A stretch of 64,000 bases of DNA, taken from NCBI GenBank assembly GCA_035714445.1, contig DASTLY010000092.1, forward strand, positions 374 to 64,373, in the 5' to 3' direction. The notes under the pieces were generated by a model. The model was given only the letters and a program-made list of their open reading frames with translations, had not been told where the DNA came from and ran no database searches. How positions within the stretch are numbered: position 1 is the stretch's first letter; each line of letters opens with the position of its first letter. This document shows, one piece after another, positions 9,847-20,195 of this stretch. Both the position numbers and the translations under genes were made by a program. Source of the stretch: Mycobacteriales bacterium (GTDB lineage Bacteria; Actinomycetota; Actinomycetes; Mycobacteriales; SCTD01).

Positions 9847-10722
9847 ATGAAGTTGACCCACGACGACGGCACGCCAGAGGTCCTCCGGTACGCGGCGTTC
9901 ACCGCGGACCCGCGTGGCGGCAACCCTGCAGGCGTGGTTCTCGACGCAAGCCGCATGACGCCGGAGCAGATGTTGGCGACCGCGACCAAGGTCGGCTATT
10001 CGGAGACCGCGTTCCTCATCCCCGCAGAGTGCGGCGGCGTCGACGTGCGCTACTTCAGCCCGCGGGCCGAGGTGAGCTTCTGCGGCCACGCGACCGTCGC
10101 CGCCGCCGTGGCGTACGCCGAGCGGCACGGTGCCGGCGCGCTCGTCTTCAGGACGCAGGTCGGCCCCGTTGAGGTCATCACCGAGCGCGGCCCGGGGGGC
10201 GCATGGCAGGCCGCCCTCACCAGCGTCCAGCCGTGCACCGCCGCCCTACCGTCGGCCGATCTCGACCGGATCCTGTCCGCCCTGAGCTGGTCGGCCGACG
10301 ACCTGGACCCCGCGCTACCGCCTCGGACTGCTTTCGCCGGTGCGTGGCACCCTGTGATCGCCGTACGGTCCCGAGAACGGCTCGCCGACCTGAACTACGA
10401 CATGGAGGCGCTCGGTGGCCTGATGCAGGCCAACGGCTGGACGACCGTGAACCTGGTGTGGCGGAAGGCCGGCGCTGTGTTCCACGCCCGCAACCCTTTC
10501 CCGCCGGGCGGGGTCGTCGAGGATCCGGCGACAGGGGCCGCCGCGGCCGCGCTCGGCGGCTACCTGCGTGAAGGCGGACACGTCGACGTGCCTGCGACGG
10601 TGGTCGTGCACCAGGGCCACGACATGGGCCGGCCCAGCCTGCTGACGTTGCACGTCCCGGCCGAGCCGGGTAGCGGCATCCGCGTGACGGGAACCGCCGT
10701 GCCGCTTTCGGCGGGCTCATGA
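9847..10722 (+). CDS. PhzF family isomerase
   Basis: AFTADPRGGNPAGVV, GYSETAF, EVSFCGHAT, EDPATGAA and QGHDMGRPS motifs. Confidence 0.93.
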   Translation: MKLTHDDGTPEVLRYAAFTADPRGGNPAGVVLDASRMTPEQMLATATKVGYSETAFLIPAECGGVDVRYFSPRAEVSFCGHATVAAAVAYAERHGAGALVFRTQVGPVEVITERGPGGAWQAALTSVQPCTAALPSADLDRILSALSWSADDLDPALPPRTAFAGAWHPVIAVRSRERLADLNYDMEALGGLMQANGWTTVNLVWRKAGAVFHARNPFPPGGVVEDPATGAAAAALGGYLREGGHVDVPATVVVHQGHDMGRPSLLTLHVPAEPGSGIRVTGTAVPLSAGS

Positions 10723-10802
10723 CAGCGGCGGTGCCCGAGGCCAGGACCGGGCGGGCGCCGGTACCGCCGAGAACGGCAACCCGAACGAGCGCACACACGC
10801 GG

Positions 10803-10949
10803 GCGCCCGACTCGATCGTGAACTGTTGCTGGGACGCCGACGGCTCTGACGCGGCGACCGTGGCGGAGCGCCTCGTCGCCCTCGGATACACCGAGGTCCG
10901 GAGGTCCCGGAAGGGCCCCCACGACCGGTCGGAGGCGGGCCTGCCCGTC
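10803..10949 (+). pseudogene. Degenerate rhodanese C-terminal fragment
   Basis: APDSIVNCCWDADGSDAATVAERLVALGYTEVRRSRKGPHDRSEAGLPV aligns by eye with the C-terminal half of the intact rhodanese at 21578. Confidence 0.6.
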
Positions 10950-11021
10950 AGGTCCGCGCCCGTCCCGTCAGACGCCGGCCGCCTCACCCGGTGGCACGCC
11001 CCCCCCAGCGGTCCGGTCCGC

Positions 11022-11546
11022 ATGAACAGCGGCTGGATTCCCGAGCCGTCGAGGCTTCCGCATCGCATCGAGCCAAGAAGTGATGACCTGGCGGAGGCCG
11101 GCCTTCGCCCGACCGAAGCTCCGCCGCCCGCGGAGATCGTGGCGCGGTTCCTGCGGACCGTCCGATCGGGAGAGCGCCTGGACCTTGCCGCTGCGTACCT
11201 CGCTGCCGAGGTCCTCGCCCACCAGGGTGCCTACGGCACGGACTGCCCCGTCCTCACACGGTCCCCCGGGAGCTACGGTCAGCACGTCGCGGACATGCTC
11301 GCTGCCACCGGGCCTTGGCAGTTCGAGATCACGGCGCTGGACCAGTTTGGCGAGCTCGTTGCCGCGGCGTGGCGCCAGCTGGGGACGGACCGATCCCTCG
11401 AGGGTGGCCCGACCCCGCAGGTCGAGCACGGGCACGCGACCTACCTCGTGCGCGAAGGGCGTATACAGCAGTACTGGATCGAGTCCACCCAGCACCTCGG
11501 ACCGTGTCTGCCCACGGCCCAGAACTGCCGCTTCACCGGAGCGTGA
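11022..11546 (+). CDS. SnoaL-like/ester cyclase (NTF2 fold) protein, start uncertain
   Basis: IVARFLRTVRSG...YLAAEVLAHQ...WQFEI...GELVAAAWRQLG...YLVREGRIQQYW. Confidence 0.65.
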   Translation: MNSGWIPEPSRLPHRIEPRSDDLAEAGLRPTEAPPPAEIVARFLRTVRSGERLDLAAAYLAAEVLAHQGAYGTDCPVLTRSPGSYGQHVADMLAATGPWQFEITALDQFGELVAAAWRQLGTDRSLEGGPTPQVEHGHATYLVREGRIQQYWIESTQHLGPCLPTAQNCRFTGA

Positions 11547-11795
11547 CGCGTGTGCCCGGCCGCGCCCGACACGGGCGCCTCCGGGCCGCTCGACGACGCT
11601 CCACCCCGCGTCCGTCAGGACTGCGCCCAAGCACGTGCAGGTGCTCGGCGCGCTCGCCGGCCGCCCGCCGTGCTGTCGAGCGCCGTTCGCTGATCAGACC
11701 GCCCCCCAGCGCCGACGCGCACCGCACGGCCTGCGGGTCAGAGGCCGCCGACTCGCGCTCCGTGGCAGCCGCGCTCCTGGGGTCGGTTGGCTCGG

Positions 11796-14700
11796 TCAGG
11801 CCGCGGCCGTCAAGACGGCGCAGAGGAGGTCTACGGCGGGCGCCTCGGCGCCGCGCGCGCGCTCGCGCTCCCACCTGTCTGCCAGCGACTCCCTCAGCCG
11901 TGATTCCCACTGTTCGCGACGGCGCTCTTGCGCCTTCGTCAGCGCCAGACCGGTCCTGCGCCGAAGGGCATCTGCGTGGCCCGCGAGTCTTGCGGCTGCT
12001 TCCGGGTCGGCCAGCGCCTCGGCCTCGGCCAGCAGGTCCATAGCCTCCGCGATGGCAGGGGCGTGGCCCAGGTCCAGTGCGCGCCTGGTCGCGTCGGCGA
12101 GCAGCCGGGCCGCCTCAGCTCCGTCGCCCGCCGCCAGACGGGCGCTGCCGAGCGTCTGCAGCGCCGCGACGGCGCCCTCCGCGTACCCGACTCGCTCGAA
12201 GATCCGCAGGCCCCGTTCGGCCAACTGTTCTGCCTCGGCGGCCCGGCCGTCGTGCATGTACGTCCGGGCCCGCTGCTCCAGACAGAGCCCGATGAGGTGC
12301 TCGTCGCCGGCCCGGTCCAGAACGTGCGCCGCGTCGGCGAGCATGTCGTGCGCGGACTCCGAGTCGTCCTGGTCCACGGCGGTCCGCGCCCTAAGGACGA
12401 GCCCGAGGCCCGCGCCGCTGTCGTGCCTGGCTGCGCGGAACAGGGCGACGGCTCGGTCCTGCGCCGCCGCCGCCTCGTCGAGCCGTCCCGACGCCCAGAG
12501 GGCCGTCCCGACGTGGAGCAGGCTCCGCGCCTCGCCGCGGCGGTCACCGAGCCCAGCGAACTGCGCGGCGGCGCTCCGGCACTCGGCCTCGGCCAGGGCC
12601 AGGTCTCCGACGGACTCGGCGTGCATCCCCGCCGCGAGGTGGAGCCGCGCGTCCGTCAGCGGGTCGTGAGGGCCCCCGGCACGAGCCAGTTCGACCCATC
12701 CTCGGGCGTCCTGGAAGGACCCCTCGTGGGACCAGAACCACGACAGCGAGCAGACCATCCGCGCGCCGAGCGCCGCGCTCTCCTCGGCGTCTTTGAGGCA
12801 GTGCCGCAGGGCCGCTCTGAGGTCCGGGCCGGCGGTCCGCAGCTCGGCGAGCCACCCCGCCTGATCCGCGCCGCGGATGTTGCGGTCGGCGTCCTCGGCG
12901 AACTGCGCGAAGTACCGCGCATGACGCTCCCGGGCCGCGGCGGCCTGCTCGGGCCGCTCGGCGAGGCGTGCCGTCGCGTAGGCACCGATGGTGTCGAGGA
13001 GCCGGAAGTGGTCCTCGCCGGCGACGGCGACGAGCGATTGGCGGACCAGGCTCAGCAGCAAGGACAGGCCGTCCGCATCCAGGTCCGCGCCGGCGACCTC
13101 GGCTGCCGCCTCTAGGGGGAACGGGCCGGCGAACACCGACAGCCTCTCCAGGAAGAGCGACTCCTCGTCGGACAGAAGTTCGTAGCTCCGATCGATCGCG
13201 GCGCGGAGCCCGGCGTGACGGTCTCGCCGGCTTCCCGTGGTGCCGAGCAGCCGCATTCGGTCGCCGAGCAAAGCGACGATCTTGGCGGGGCTGAGAGCGG
13301 CGACGTGGCCGGCGGCGAGCTCGATGGCGAGCGGGAGCCCGTCCAGGAGCAGACAGGCCGACGCGACGTCCCGTGCGTTATCGGCGGTGACCTCGAAGCC
13401 GGGCCTGGCCAGCCGTGCCCGGTCCGCGAACAGCTGCACGGCATGAGACTCGGCGATCGCTGCGGGGCGCCGCTCGTCGGGGTCGGGGAGCGAGAGCGGG
13501 GGCACGGGCCAGGCGAGCTCACCTGGCACCCCCAACGGCTGCCGGCTCGTCGCCAGGACGCGCAGCCCCGGGCAGGCCGCGACGAGGCCTCGAGCCAGTG
13601 CCCCCGCGGCGTCGGCGAGGTGCTCGCACGTGTCCAGGACCAGCAGCGCATCCGTCGCGCCGATCCACCTGGCGATGTCGGCGGCGGCGTCGTCGCTCGA
13701 CCGCACCGTCCCCACGGCGGCGGTCACGGCCTCGTGCAGGGCCGCCCCGTCGGTCGCGCCGGACAGGTCCGCCCACCACGCGGGTCCACGTCGGAACGCG
13801 CACGCAGCGGCGAGGCGGGATTTGCCCGCTCCCCCGGGTCCGGTCAGCGTGACGACACGGTGCGCCCCGAGCGCTTCGTCGATGGCTTCGACCTGCTCCT
13901 CCCTGCCGATCAGGGAGGTGAGCGCAGTCGGCGGCCGCAGCCCGCCCGCAGCTGGGTCAGAGCCCGCCGGGTCGGGGTCCCCTTCCGGCGCGGGGCCAGC
14001 GGCCTGGGCCGGCACGGTCACCGGCACCTCCTGCACACCGCCGCCGGGCCCGGACGGCTGCGAGGCCCTCGCCTCCCCGGCGACGGTGACCGCGGCCCGT
14101 TTCGGCTGCGCGGGATCCAGGGCGGAGTCCTGGCGCAGGATCCGCTGCCCGAGCCGCTGCAGCTCGGGGGAAGGATCGAGGCCCAGTTCGTCCACGAGCG
14201 CGTTCCGGGCCTGCTCAAGCGCCCGCAGAGCGTCGGCCTGTCGCCCGGCGCGGTACAGGGCGAGGGCGAACTGGCCGTGCAGGGCCTCCCGGAACGGGTT
14301 CTCCCGGACCAGCTGCGTGAGGTCCGGAAGCGCCTCCTCGTGCCGGCCCAGGTCGAGAAGCGCCGCGGTCCGCGCCTCGAACGCCTGCAGCCGGAGCTCG
14401 TCGAGCCGGACGATGTCGCCCTGCGCGAACGGGTCGTCGACGGCCTCGCTGAGGGCGGGCCCGCGCCAGAGCGCCAGCGCCCGGCTGACCAGGTCCAGGC
14501 GGTCCGGGGCGGAGACGCCCGGGGACCGGACCTGGTCGACGAGCCGCTCGAACACCCACATGTCGACGGCGTCAGCCTCGACCACGAGCCGGTACCCGGT
14601 AGGCGCGCGGTCGATCGCGAGGCCGGCGCCGCGCAGCGACTTGCGGAGGTAGGAGATGAGGATCTGCAGCGCATTCCCGGCGTTGACCGGCGGCTCGACG

Positions 14701-14852
14701 CCCCAGAGCTGGTCGATCAGCGTCTCCTGCGGGACCGCGCCGCCGCGCCGCACGACCAGAGACAGGAGCAGCCGTCGGGGTCGGCCGCGCCGGACCGCGA
14801 CGGGCTCGCCGTCGCGACGGATTTCCAGCGGGCCGAGCACCAGGACGTCCAC
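11796..14852 (-). CDS. AfsR/SARP-family STAND regulator (wHTH-BTAD-NTPase-TPR)
   Basis: VLGPLEI, ALALWRGPAL, ELGLDPSPEL (BTAD), Walker A GPGGAGKS, LLVLDTCEH, LDGLPLAIELAA, and a TPR-like C-terminus. Confidence 0.93.
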   Translation of the reverse strand: MDVLVLGPLEIRRDGEPVAVRRGRPRRLLLSLVVRRGGAVPQETLIDQLWGVEPPVNAGNALQILISYLRKSLRGAGLAIDRAPTGYRLVVEADAVDMWVFERLVDQVRSPGVSAPDRLDLVSRALALWRGPALSEAVDDPFAQGDIVRLDELRLQAFEARTAALLDLGRHEEALPDLTQLVRENPFREALHGQFALALYRAGRQADALRALEQARNALVDELGLDPSPELQRLGQRILRQDSALDPAQPKRAAVTVAGEARASQPSGPGGGVQEVPVTVPAQAAGPAPEGDPDPAGSDPAAGGLRPPTALTSLIGREEQVEAIDEALGAHRVVTLTGPGGAGKSRLAAACAFRRGPAWWADLSGATDGAALHEAVTAAVGTVRSSDDAAADIARWIGATDALLVLDTCEHLADAAGALARGLVAACPGLRVLATSRQPLGVPGELAWPVPPLSLPDPDERRPAAIAESHAVQLFADRARLARPGFEVTADNARDVASACLLLDGLPLAIELAAGHVAALSPAKIVALLGDRMRLLGTTGSRRDRHAGLRAAIDRSYELLSDEESLFLERLSVFAGPFPLEAAAEVAGADLDADGLSLLLSLVRQSLVAVAGEDHFRLLDTIGAYATARLAERPEQAAAARERHARYFAQFAEDADRNIRGADQAGWLAELRTAGPDLRAALRHCLKDAEESAALGARMVCSLSWFWSHEGSFQDARGWVELARAGGPHDPLTDARLHLAAGMHAESVGDLALAEAECRSAAAQFAGLGDRRGEARSLLHVGTALWASGRLDEAAAAQDRAVALFRAARHDSGAGLGLVLRARTAVDQDDSESAHDMLADAAHVLDRAGDEHLIGLCLEQRARTYMHDGRAAEAEQLAERGLRIFERVGYAEGAVAALQTLGSARLAAGDGAEAARLLADATRRALDLGHAPAIAEAMDLLAEAEALADPEAAARLAGHADALRRRTGLALTKAQERRREQWESRLRESLADRWERERARGAEAPAVDLLCAVLTAAA

Positions 14853-14935
14853 GCGAGCACCGCCCCCCGACAGCGACGTGAAAGGAACGCGGCGACGCTA
14901 CTGCGATGAACGCCGATCTCGAACTCGTTGCCGGA

Positions 14936-14979
14936 TTTCGTGTCACCGTGCTGTCGCCGGTTCCGAGTTTCGTGTCACC
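14936..14979 (+). repeat. 12-bp direct repeat TTTCGTGTCACC x2
   Basis: Exact copies at 14936-14947 and 14968-14979 (32-bp period), upstream of the AfsR-like gene. Confidence 0.7.
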
Positions 14980-15330
14980 CTAAGCGGTGGTTGCTGTCGG
15001 GCTGGCGACCGAGGCGCGGTTCGTGGCGGCCGACGGCGGTGGTCACGACGATGGCGGCGGTGAGTGGCGCGGCTCTGGTAGACGCGCTGGTATCTGGCGG
15101 CTACGCTGCGTGCACTTCCGGCCCCGGACCGGCAGCTTCACGAGCTGGTCGAGAAGACGCCGCGGTCGTCCTGAAGCAATGCTTGTCGACGCGTGGTTCC
15201 TGCTGCGGTCTGGGCTCGTTGGGGGGCCGGCGCCCCTTGCTTCGGGGGTCCCGGACGGCAGATCAGCGACCGCGCCGCTTGTGCTGCCCGCCGGCACGGT
15301 TGGGAGGGTTCCGGCGTCGTCGGAGGTTGG

Positions 15331-16299
15331 CTACTGCGCCGCCAGGTAGCCGAAGTGGCGCCGGTGGTCCCCGGGGGTGGTATTCAGCCGACGACGGAAC
15401 GCGCGGTTCATCGTCTCCGGTGCACCGAAGCCGCAGGTGCGTGCAATGTGCTCCACAGCGTGGTCGGTGGTCTCGAGAAGCCGGCACGCTGCCTCAAGGC
15501 GCAGCCGCTCCACGTGCTCGCTAGGTGTGACGTCCACCTCGGCCTTGAATACGCGGCTGAACTGGCGCTCGGACAGATGGACCCGGCGGGCGAGGGTGGG
15601 CACCGTCAGGTCTTCGGTGAGGTGCTCGGGCAGCCACGCGAGCAGGTCGCGCAACGGTTCGCTCGCTTCTGCCTGAGCGGCCAGGAGCGACGAGAACTGC
15701 GCCTGTCCGCCGGACCGCCGCAGGTAGACCACCAGGTGCCGGGCAACCGCCGCCGCGGCACGGGCGCCGTGATCGTCCGCGACCAGGGCCAGCGCCAGGT
15801 CGATGCCGGCGGTCACGCCGGCTGAGGTCCAAACGTTGCCGTCCCGAACGTAGATCGCGTCGTGGTCGACGGCTACGGTCGAGTGCGCGGTCGCCAGCTG
15901 CTGGCACTCAGCCCAGTGGGTCGTAGCTCGACGCCCGTCCAGGAGCCCGGATGCCGCCAGGACAAAGGCCCCGGAGCAGACCGACGTTACGCGTCGAGCG
16001 CTGCCCGCAAGCCGCCGCACGTGGCACAGCAGCTCGTCGTCCGCGCACGGCTCACCCATGTTCCCGCCGCCGGCGACCACGAGGGTGTCCACCGGCTCCA
16101 GGATGTCGGCGAGCGCAGCGGTGGCGAACGACAGCCCCGAGCTGGCCAACACGGCGCCGCCCGTGGTGCTGGCCACCTGCGTGCGGTACTCCGCCCCAGG
16201 AACCAAGCGAGTGGCGCTGGAGAAGACCTCCAGCGGGCCGGTCACGTCAAGGATCTGCGCCGAAGCAAAAGTCACCACCGCGACACGCAGGCTCGACAC
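15331..16299 (-). CDS. GlxA family AraC regulator with DJ-1/PfpI domain
   Basis: SVCSGAFVLA, GRRATTHW, WTSAGVTAGIDLAL, RRSGGQAQFS and an AraC double HTH. TACGAT lies 6 nt before GTG 16299. Confidence 0.93.
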   Translation of the reverse strand: MSSLRVAVVTFASAQILDVTGPLEVFSSATRLVPGAEYRTQVASTTGGAVLASSGLSFATAALADILEPVDTLVVAGGGNMGEPCADDELLCHVRRLAGSARRVTSVCSGAFVLAASGLLDGRRATTHWAECQQLATAHSTVAVDHDAIYVRDGNVWTSAGVTAGIDLALALVADDHGARAAAAVARHLVVYLRRSGGQAQFSSLLAAQAEASEPLRDLLAWLPEHLTEDLTVPTLARRVHLSERQFSRVFKAEVDVTPSEHVERLRLEAACRLLETTDHAVEHIARTCGFGAPETMNRAFRRRLNTTPGDHRRHFGYLAAQ

Positions 16300-16382
16300 G
16301 GGGCCATCGTAGGGGCGCCAATGGCCGAGATCGTCAACCAGGAGTCCTGGCGCCATGGCGTCGACCGGCGCAGGGTTTGTCT

Positions 16383-17771
16383 ATGCCCACGACCATCGGA
16401 CCGCCCCCGGGGACCTCCCGCCGCGACGGACACGCGGCACCGCACGACGACGGTCGCACTTCCGGACGGCGCCTGGCCTGGGTGGTGGCCGGCTCGGTCG
16501 TCCTCGGTCCGCTCGCCGCTGCCGCGCTCACTCTCGGCGGCTTTGCGGGTGCGCCCGAGCACGCGGTCACGGGCGCGGGACTGCTCGGCCTGTCGGTCGG
16601 ATGGGCCGCGCTCGCTGTCGCGTCGTCTGCGTTGACCGACCGGCCCCAGCCCTGGGCGTGGGTGCCTGCGGCGTGTCTGGGTTCAGCCGGCGCGGCCATG
16701 CTCGTCATCGCACCCGATGAGGGGGCGCTCTCCGCTGCCGGATGGGTGTGGCCGCCGCTGCTCCTGGCGATGACAGCCTGGACCGCCGCCCGAGCAGTCC
16801 GGTCGATGGGCCTCCGCGCTTCGTTCTGGCTGCTCGCCCCCGCCCTGTTGCTGCTCCTGCTCGCCTCCGTCGGCGGCGGCGCGGCGACTCTGCAGGCGGC
16901 GTCCGCCGGGGAAGCCCCTCCCATGCCCGGCAAGCTGCACGACGTCGGCGACTACCGCCTGCACCTGTCCTGCACGGGAACCGGCGGCCCGACCGTCGTG
17001 CTGGTGGGCGGGCTAGGGGAGACCTCCGCAGCCTGGAGTCTCGTCCAGCCCGCCGTCGCTCGGATGACGCGCGTCTGCGCCTACGACCGGGCGGGCCAGG
17101 CTTGGAGCGACAGCGCTCCGGGAGCGAAAGACGGCAAGCAGGTGGCCGATGACCTGCACGCCCTGTTGCGCCGAGCGGGCGAGCCGGGCCCGTACGTGCT
17201 CGCCGGGCACTCCGTGGGCGGCACCTACGCGCTCGTCTACGCCGCGCACCGCCCCGCTGACGTCGCCGGCCTGGTGCTGCTGGACTCCGCCAGCCCGTAC
17301 CAGTTCACCGCGCTGCGCGAGTTCCCCGCGGCGTACTCGTTGTTGCGGCGAGGGACAGCGCTGCTGCCCGTGCTGAAGCGACTCGGGGCCGCCCCGCTGC
17401 TGCGCTCCGACGTCCCGGCCGACCTCCCGCCCGCGGCGCAGGCCCAGACGCAGGCGTTCGACTGGAGCTCCCGCCAGCTCCGCACCGAACGCGACGAGGT
17501 GGCCGGCTACCCCGCAGTGTTCGACCAGGCGCAGGGCCTGGACGAGGTCGGCAGCACCCCGCTCATCGTCGTCACCGCCACCGCCGGCGACCGCCAGGAG
17601 GGCTGGGCCGAAGCCCAGAAGAACCTGGCCGCGCTTTCCTCCACCAGCAACCACCGACTGCTGCCAGCGACACACGCGTCGCTGCTCGTCGACGCGGCCG
17701 ATTCCGCCAACAGCGTCACGGCCATCGTCGACGTCGTCAGAGCGGCCAGGACGCCGGTCCCCAGCGGCTGA
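16383..17771 (+). CDS. Membrane-anchored alpha/beta hydrolase
   Basis: Several N-terminal TM helices, VCAYDRAG, nucleophile elbow GHSVGG and a C-terminal His (ATHASL). Confidence 0.88.
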   Translation: MPTTIGPPPGTSRRDGHAAPHDDGRTSGRRLAWVVAGSVVLGPLAAAALTLGGFAGAPEHAVTGAGLLGLSVGWAALAVASSALTDRPQPWAWVPAACLGSAGAAMLVIAPDEGALSAAGWVWPPLLLAMTAWTAARAVRSMGLRASFWLLAPALLLLLLASVGGGAATLQAASAGEAPPMPGKLHDVGDYRLHLSCTGTGGPTVVLVGGLGETSAAWSLVQPAVARMTRVCAYDRAGQAWSDSAPGAKDGKQVADDLHALLRRAGEPGPYVLAGHSVGGTYALVYAAHRPADVAGLVLLDSASPYQFTALREFPAAYSLLRRGTALLPVLKRLGAAPLLRSDVPADLPPAAQAQTQAFDWSSRQLRTERDEVAGYPAVFDQAQGLDEVGSTPLIVVTATAGDRQEGWAEAQKNLAALSSTSNHRLLPATHASLLVDAADSANSVTAIVDVVRAARTPVPSG

Positions 17772-17816
17772 CCGACCGCACGCGCACCTCACGAGCACCC
17801 CGACACTGGGAGACCC

Positions 17817-18581
17817 ATGATTGCTATGACCGACGTTGGCACCCACACCTGGGTCGACCTCACCGGGGGGCAGCTGACCGGCGCCGAGCGCCGAACATTC
17901 CTCCGACCCCTCGCCCGGACGCACGCGGTGAACGCAGTCGGCCGTCTGTCGATGTTGGCCCGGCTGAACACCGGCCGGCGGGCACACGTCGACCCCGCCC
18001 GCCTGACCCCGCCCAGCTCGGCGCTCACCAGGGCGGCCGTCGAGCGGGCAGAGCGTCTGCTGACGCCGGCGCTGCTCAACCACTCCTACCGCACCTTCGC
18101 CTTCGGGGCCGCCCTCGGGGCCGTGGAAGGCCGCCCCGTCGATCTGGAGCTGCTCTTCACGGCCGCTCTCCTGCACGACACCGGCCTGCCCACCAGCGAC
18201 AGGAACGTCGACTTCACCCGGAACAGCGCTCGCATCGCCCAAGAGGTCGCCGAACAGGTAGGTCTGTCCACAGCCGCGACGGAGATCATTCGTACCGCGA
18301 TCACGCTGCACCACAGCCCAGGCGTCACGCCCGGACACGGCCCTGTGGCCTACCTGTTGTCGGCCGGTGCAGCCGTGGACGTGATCGGTGTGCGGAGCTG
18401 GCAGCTGCCCCCAGACGTCCTCGCATCGGTCGTCGGGCAGCATCCGCGGTTCGGGTTCAAGCGCGAGTTCTCCGCCGCCTTTCGCGACGAGGCGGCCCGC
18501 GTCCATCGCGGGCGCGCTCAATTCCTGCGCCGCTACGGGGCTCTCGACCTCGCCATCAAGCTCGCGCCCTTCCGCGATTGA
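17817..18581 (+). CDS. HD domain protein (cyanamide hydratase-like)
   Basis: LLNHSYRTF, AALLHDTGL, AITLHH and HPRFGFK motifs. It sits in the unit divergent from the GlxA regulator. Confidence 0.82.
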   Translation: MIAMTDVGTHTWVDLTGGQLTGAERRTFLRPLARTHAVNAVGRLSMLARLNTGRRAHVDPARLTPPSSALTRAAVERAERLLTPALLNHSYRTFAFGAALGAVEGRPVDLELLFTAALLHDTGLPTSDRNVDFTRNSARIAQEVAEQVGLSTAATEIIRTAITLHHSPGVTPGHGPVAYLLSAGAAVDVIGVRSWQLPPDVLASVVGQHPRFGFKREFSAAFRDEAARVHRGRAQFLRRYGALDLAIKLAPFRD

Positions 18582-18809
18582 CGGCGGCTGCTCATCCGGG
18601 CATCGAACGCTCGGTGCTGCTGGCCACCTGCAAGGGGACGGCCAGAAGGATGCCGATGTGCGACGACGCAGGGGCCGTAGGCGTCTAAGCCGCTCCGGAG
18701 GAGGCTGTCGCCTCGACCTCGCACGCCTCCTGCGAATCGAGTCGGGCGCCCTTCGCTGCGCGCCTGCAAGACGAGGCCGACTCCGGCCGACCCGACCGGC
18801 CTCACCCGT

Positions 18810-19025
18810 GCACGCTGCCAAAACCGACTCCGACATCGGGATCTTCTGGGTCACCTCCGCCGGCCACGACGGCGAACCGGTGAGTGGCACACCGGACAGA
18901 CCGGCGGCTACTCCTCCTACCTGGGTCTTGACCTGACCCGCCGAAGAGCCGTCGTGGTCCTCTGCGATGTCGCCCCCGCACCCACCGAAGGGCTCGGCCT
19001 CGATTTGCTCGCAGCGGACGGCTGA
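18810..19025 (+). pseudogene. Frameshifted C-terminal remnant of a serine hydrolase (beta-lactamase family)
   Basis: SDIGIFWVT in one frame, then WHTGQTGGYSSYLGLDLTRRRAVVVLCD...LGLDLLAADG* in another (18885-19025). Confidence 0.7.
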
Positions 19026-19118
19026 CCGCACGCGCGAGGCGCCTCGGGACTTTCGAGGCCCGCCCGACCCCGCCAACTTCCCTTTACGAGACCCCCGCCC
19101 TCACCCGAATGGAGACAC

Positions 19119-20195
19119 ATGACCGACCAGCCGCGTCCCGACCTCCCGAACCATGAAGGGCCTTCGGCCCACCGCGTCGACGAGGCCGTCCGACGTATCG
19201 GCGCCCGGCACGGCAAGCGGCATGTCGGGCTGGTGATCGGGGCCGTGTCCTCGGCCGGTGCGCGATGCGTCGCGCCGACCGGGCGCCTCCACGCGCCCAA
19301 CGGGCCGGCAGCCCAAGCGGACAGCATCTTCGAGATCGGCTCCGTCACAAAGGTGTTCACCGCACTCCTGCTCGCCGAGGCCGTACAGCGCGGTGAACTG
19401 GCGCTCGACACGCCCGTGAGCCAACTGCTCACCGAGGCGGACATCCCGGCCCGGGACGGCGTCGCGATCAGCGTCGAGCACCTGGCGACACACACCGCAG
19501 GACTGCCGAACAATCCGATGTCGACCCCGGCCGCGCTCCGTACCCAGTGGAAGGCCCGAGACGGCGACCCGTGGGAAGCGATCGACCGCGCCGCGTTGCT
19601 GACCGCGCTCGCCCGGGCCCGCCTGCGGTCAGCGCCCGGCACGGGCCGGATCGCCTACTCGAACCTCGGCGCGGGTGTGCTCGGCCACGCGCTGGTCGCC
19701 GCCGCCGGCAGCCGCGACTACGAAGAGCTCGTCCAGATAAGGATCTGCACCCCGCTCGGCCTACCCGACACGGTGCTGAAGCCCAGCCGCCAGCAAGCCA
19801 AACGGGAGGCCGTCGGCCACCGCGCACGCCGCCGGACCACCGGCCCTTGGCAGGTCGCCGGACTACCCGGCGCAGGAGCCCTCCGATCCACAGCCAACGA
19901 CATGCTCACCTTCCTGCACGCCCAGCTCCGCCCGTACGAAACGCCCATCGGACCGGCCATCGCGCTCACGCAGCAGGAGCGCCGCCCCGGCAAGCGGCTC
20001 GGGATCGGGCTGGGCTGGCTGCGGGTGCCGCTGCGACGGGACGAGGCCATGCTCTGGCACAACGGCGGCACCGGCGGCTTCCGCTCCTTCGCCGGCTTCG
20101 TCCCAGCCGCGGGGGTCGGCGCCGTGGCCCTCGCCAACGACCTTCGCAGCGTGGACCGAGCCGGCCGCGACATCCTCATCGCGCTCAGCGGCTGA
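19119..20195 (+). CDS. Serine hydrolase, beta-lactamase/AmpC-like family
   Basis: FEIGSVTK (SxxK), LATHTAGL, YSN, and WHNGGTGGF. No obvious signal peptide. Confidence 0.92.
   Translation: MTDQPRPDLPNHEGPSAHRVDEAVRRIGARHGKRHVGLVIGAVSSAGARCVAPTGRLHAPNGPAAQADSIFEIGSVTKVFTALLLAEAVQRGELALDTPVSQLLTEADIPARDGVAISVEHLATHTAGLPNNPMSTPAALRTQWKARDGDPWEAIDRAALLTALARARLRSAPGTGRIAYSNLGAGVLGHALVAAAGSRDYEELVQIRICTPLGLPDTVLKPSRQQAKREAVGHRARRRTTGPWQVAGLPGAGALRSTANDMLTFLHAQLRPYETPIGPAIALTQQERRPGKRLGIGLGWLRVPLRRDEAMLWHNGGTGGFRSFAGFVPAAGVGAVALANDLRSVDRAGRDILIALSG

Noticed and set aside
9847..14852. Phenazine or polyketide biosynthetic gene cluster (PhzF, SnoaL, SARP)
   Set aside because: There are no core biosynthetic genes (phzB/D/E, PKS, NRPS), and these families are common as stand-alone genes.
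14928..15349. ORFs between the AfsR-like and GlxA genes
   Set aside because: They have atypical codon usage and no motifs, so they are treated as non-coding or decayed.
19119..20195. Bona fide beta-lactam resistance gene
   Set aside because: It has SxxK/YxN/HxG motifs but no signal peptide, which fits a generic esterase/peptidase of the family better.
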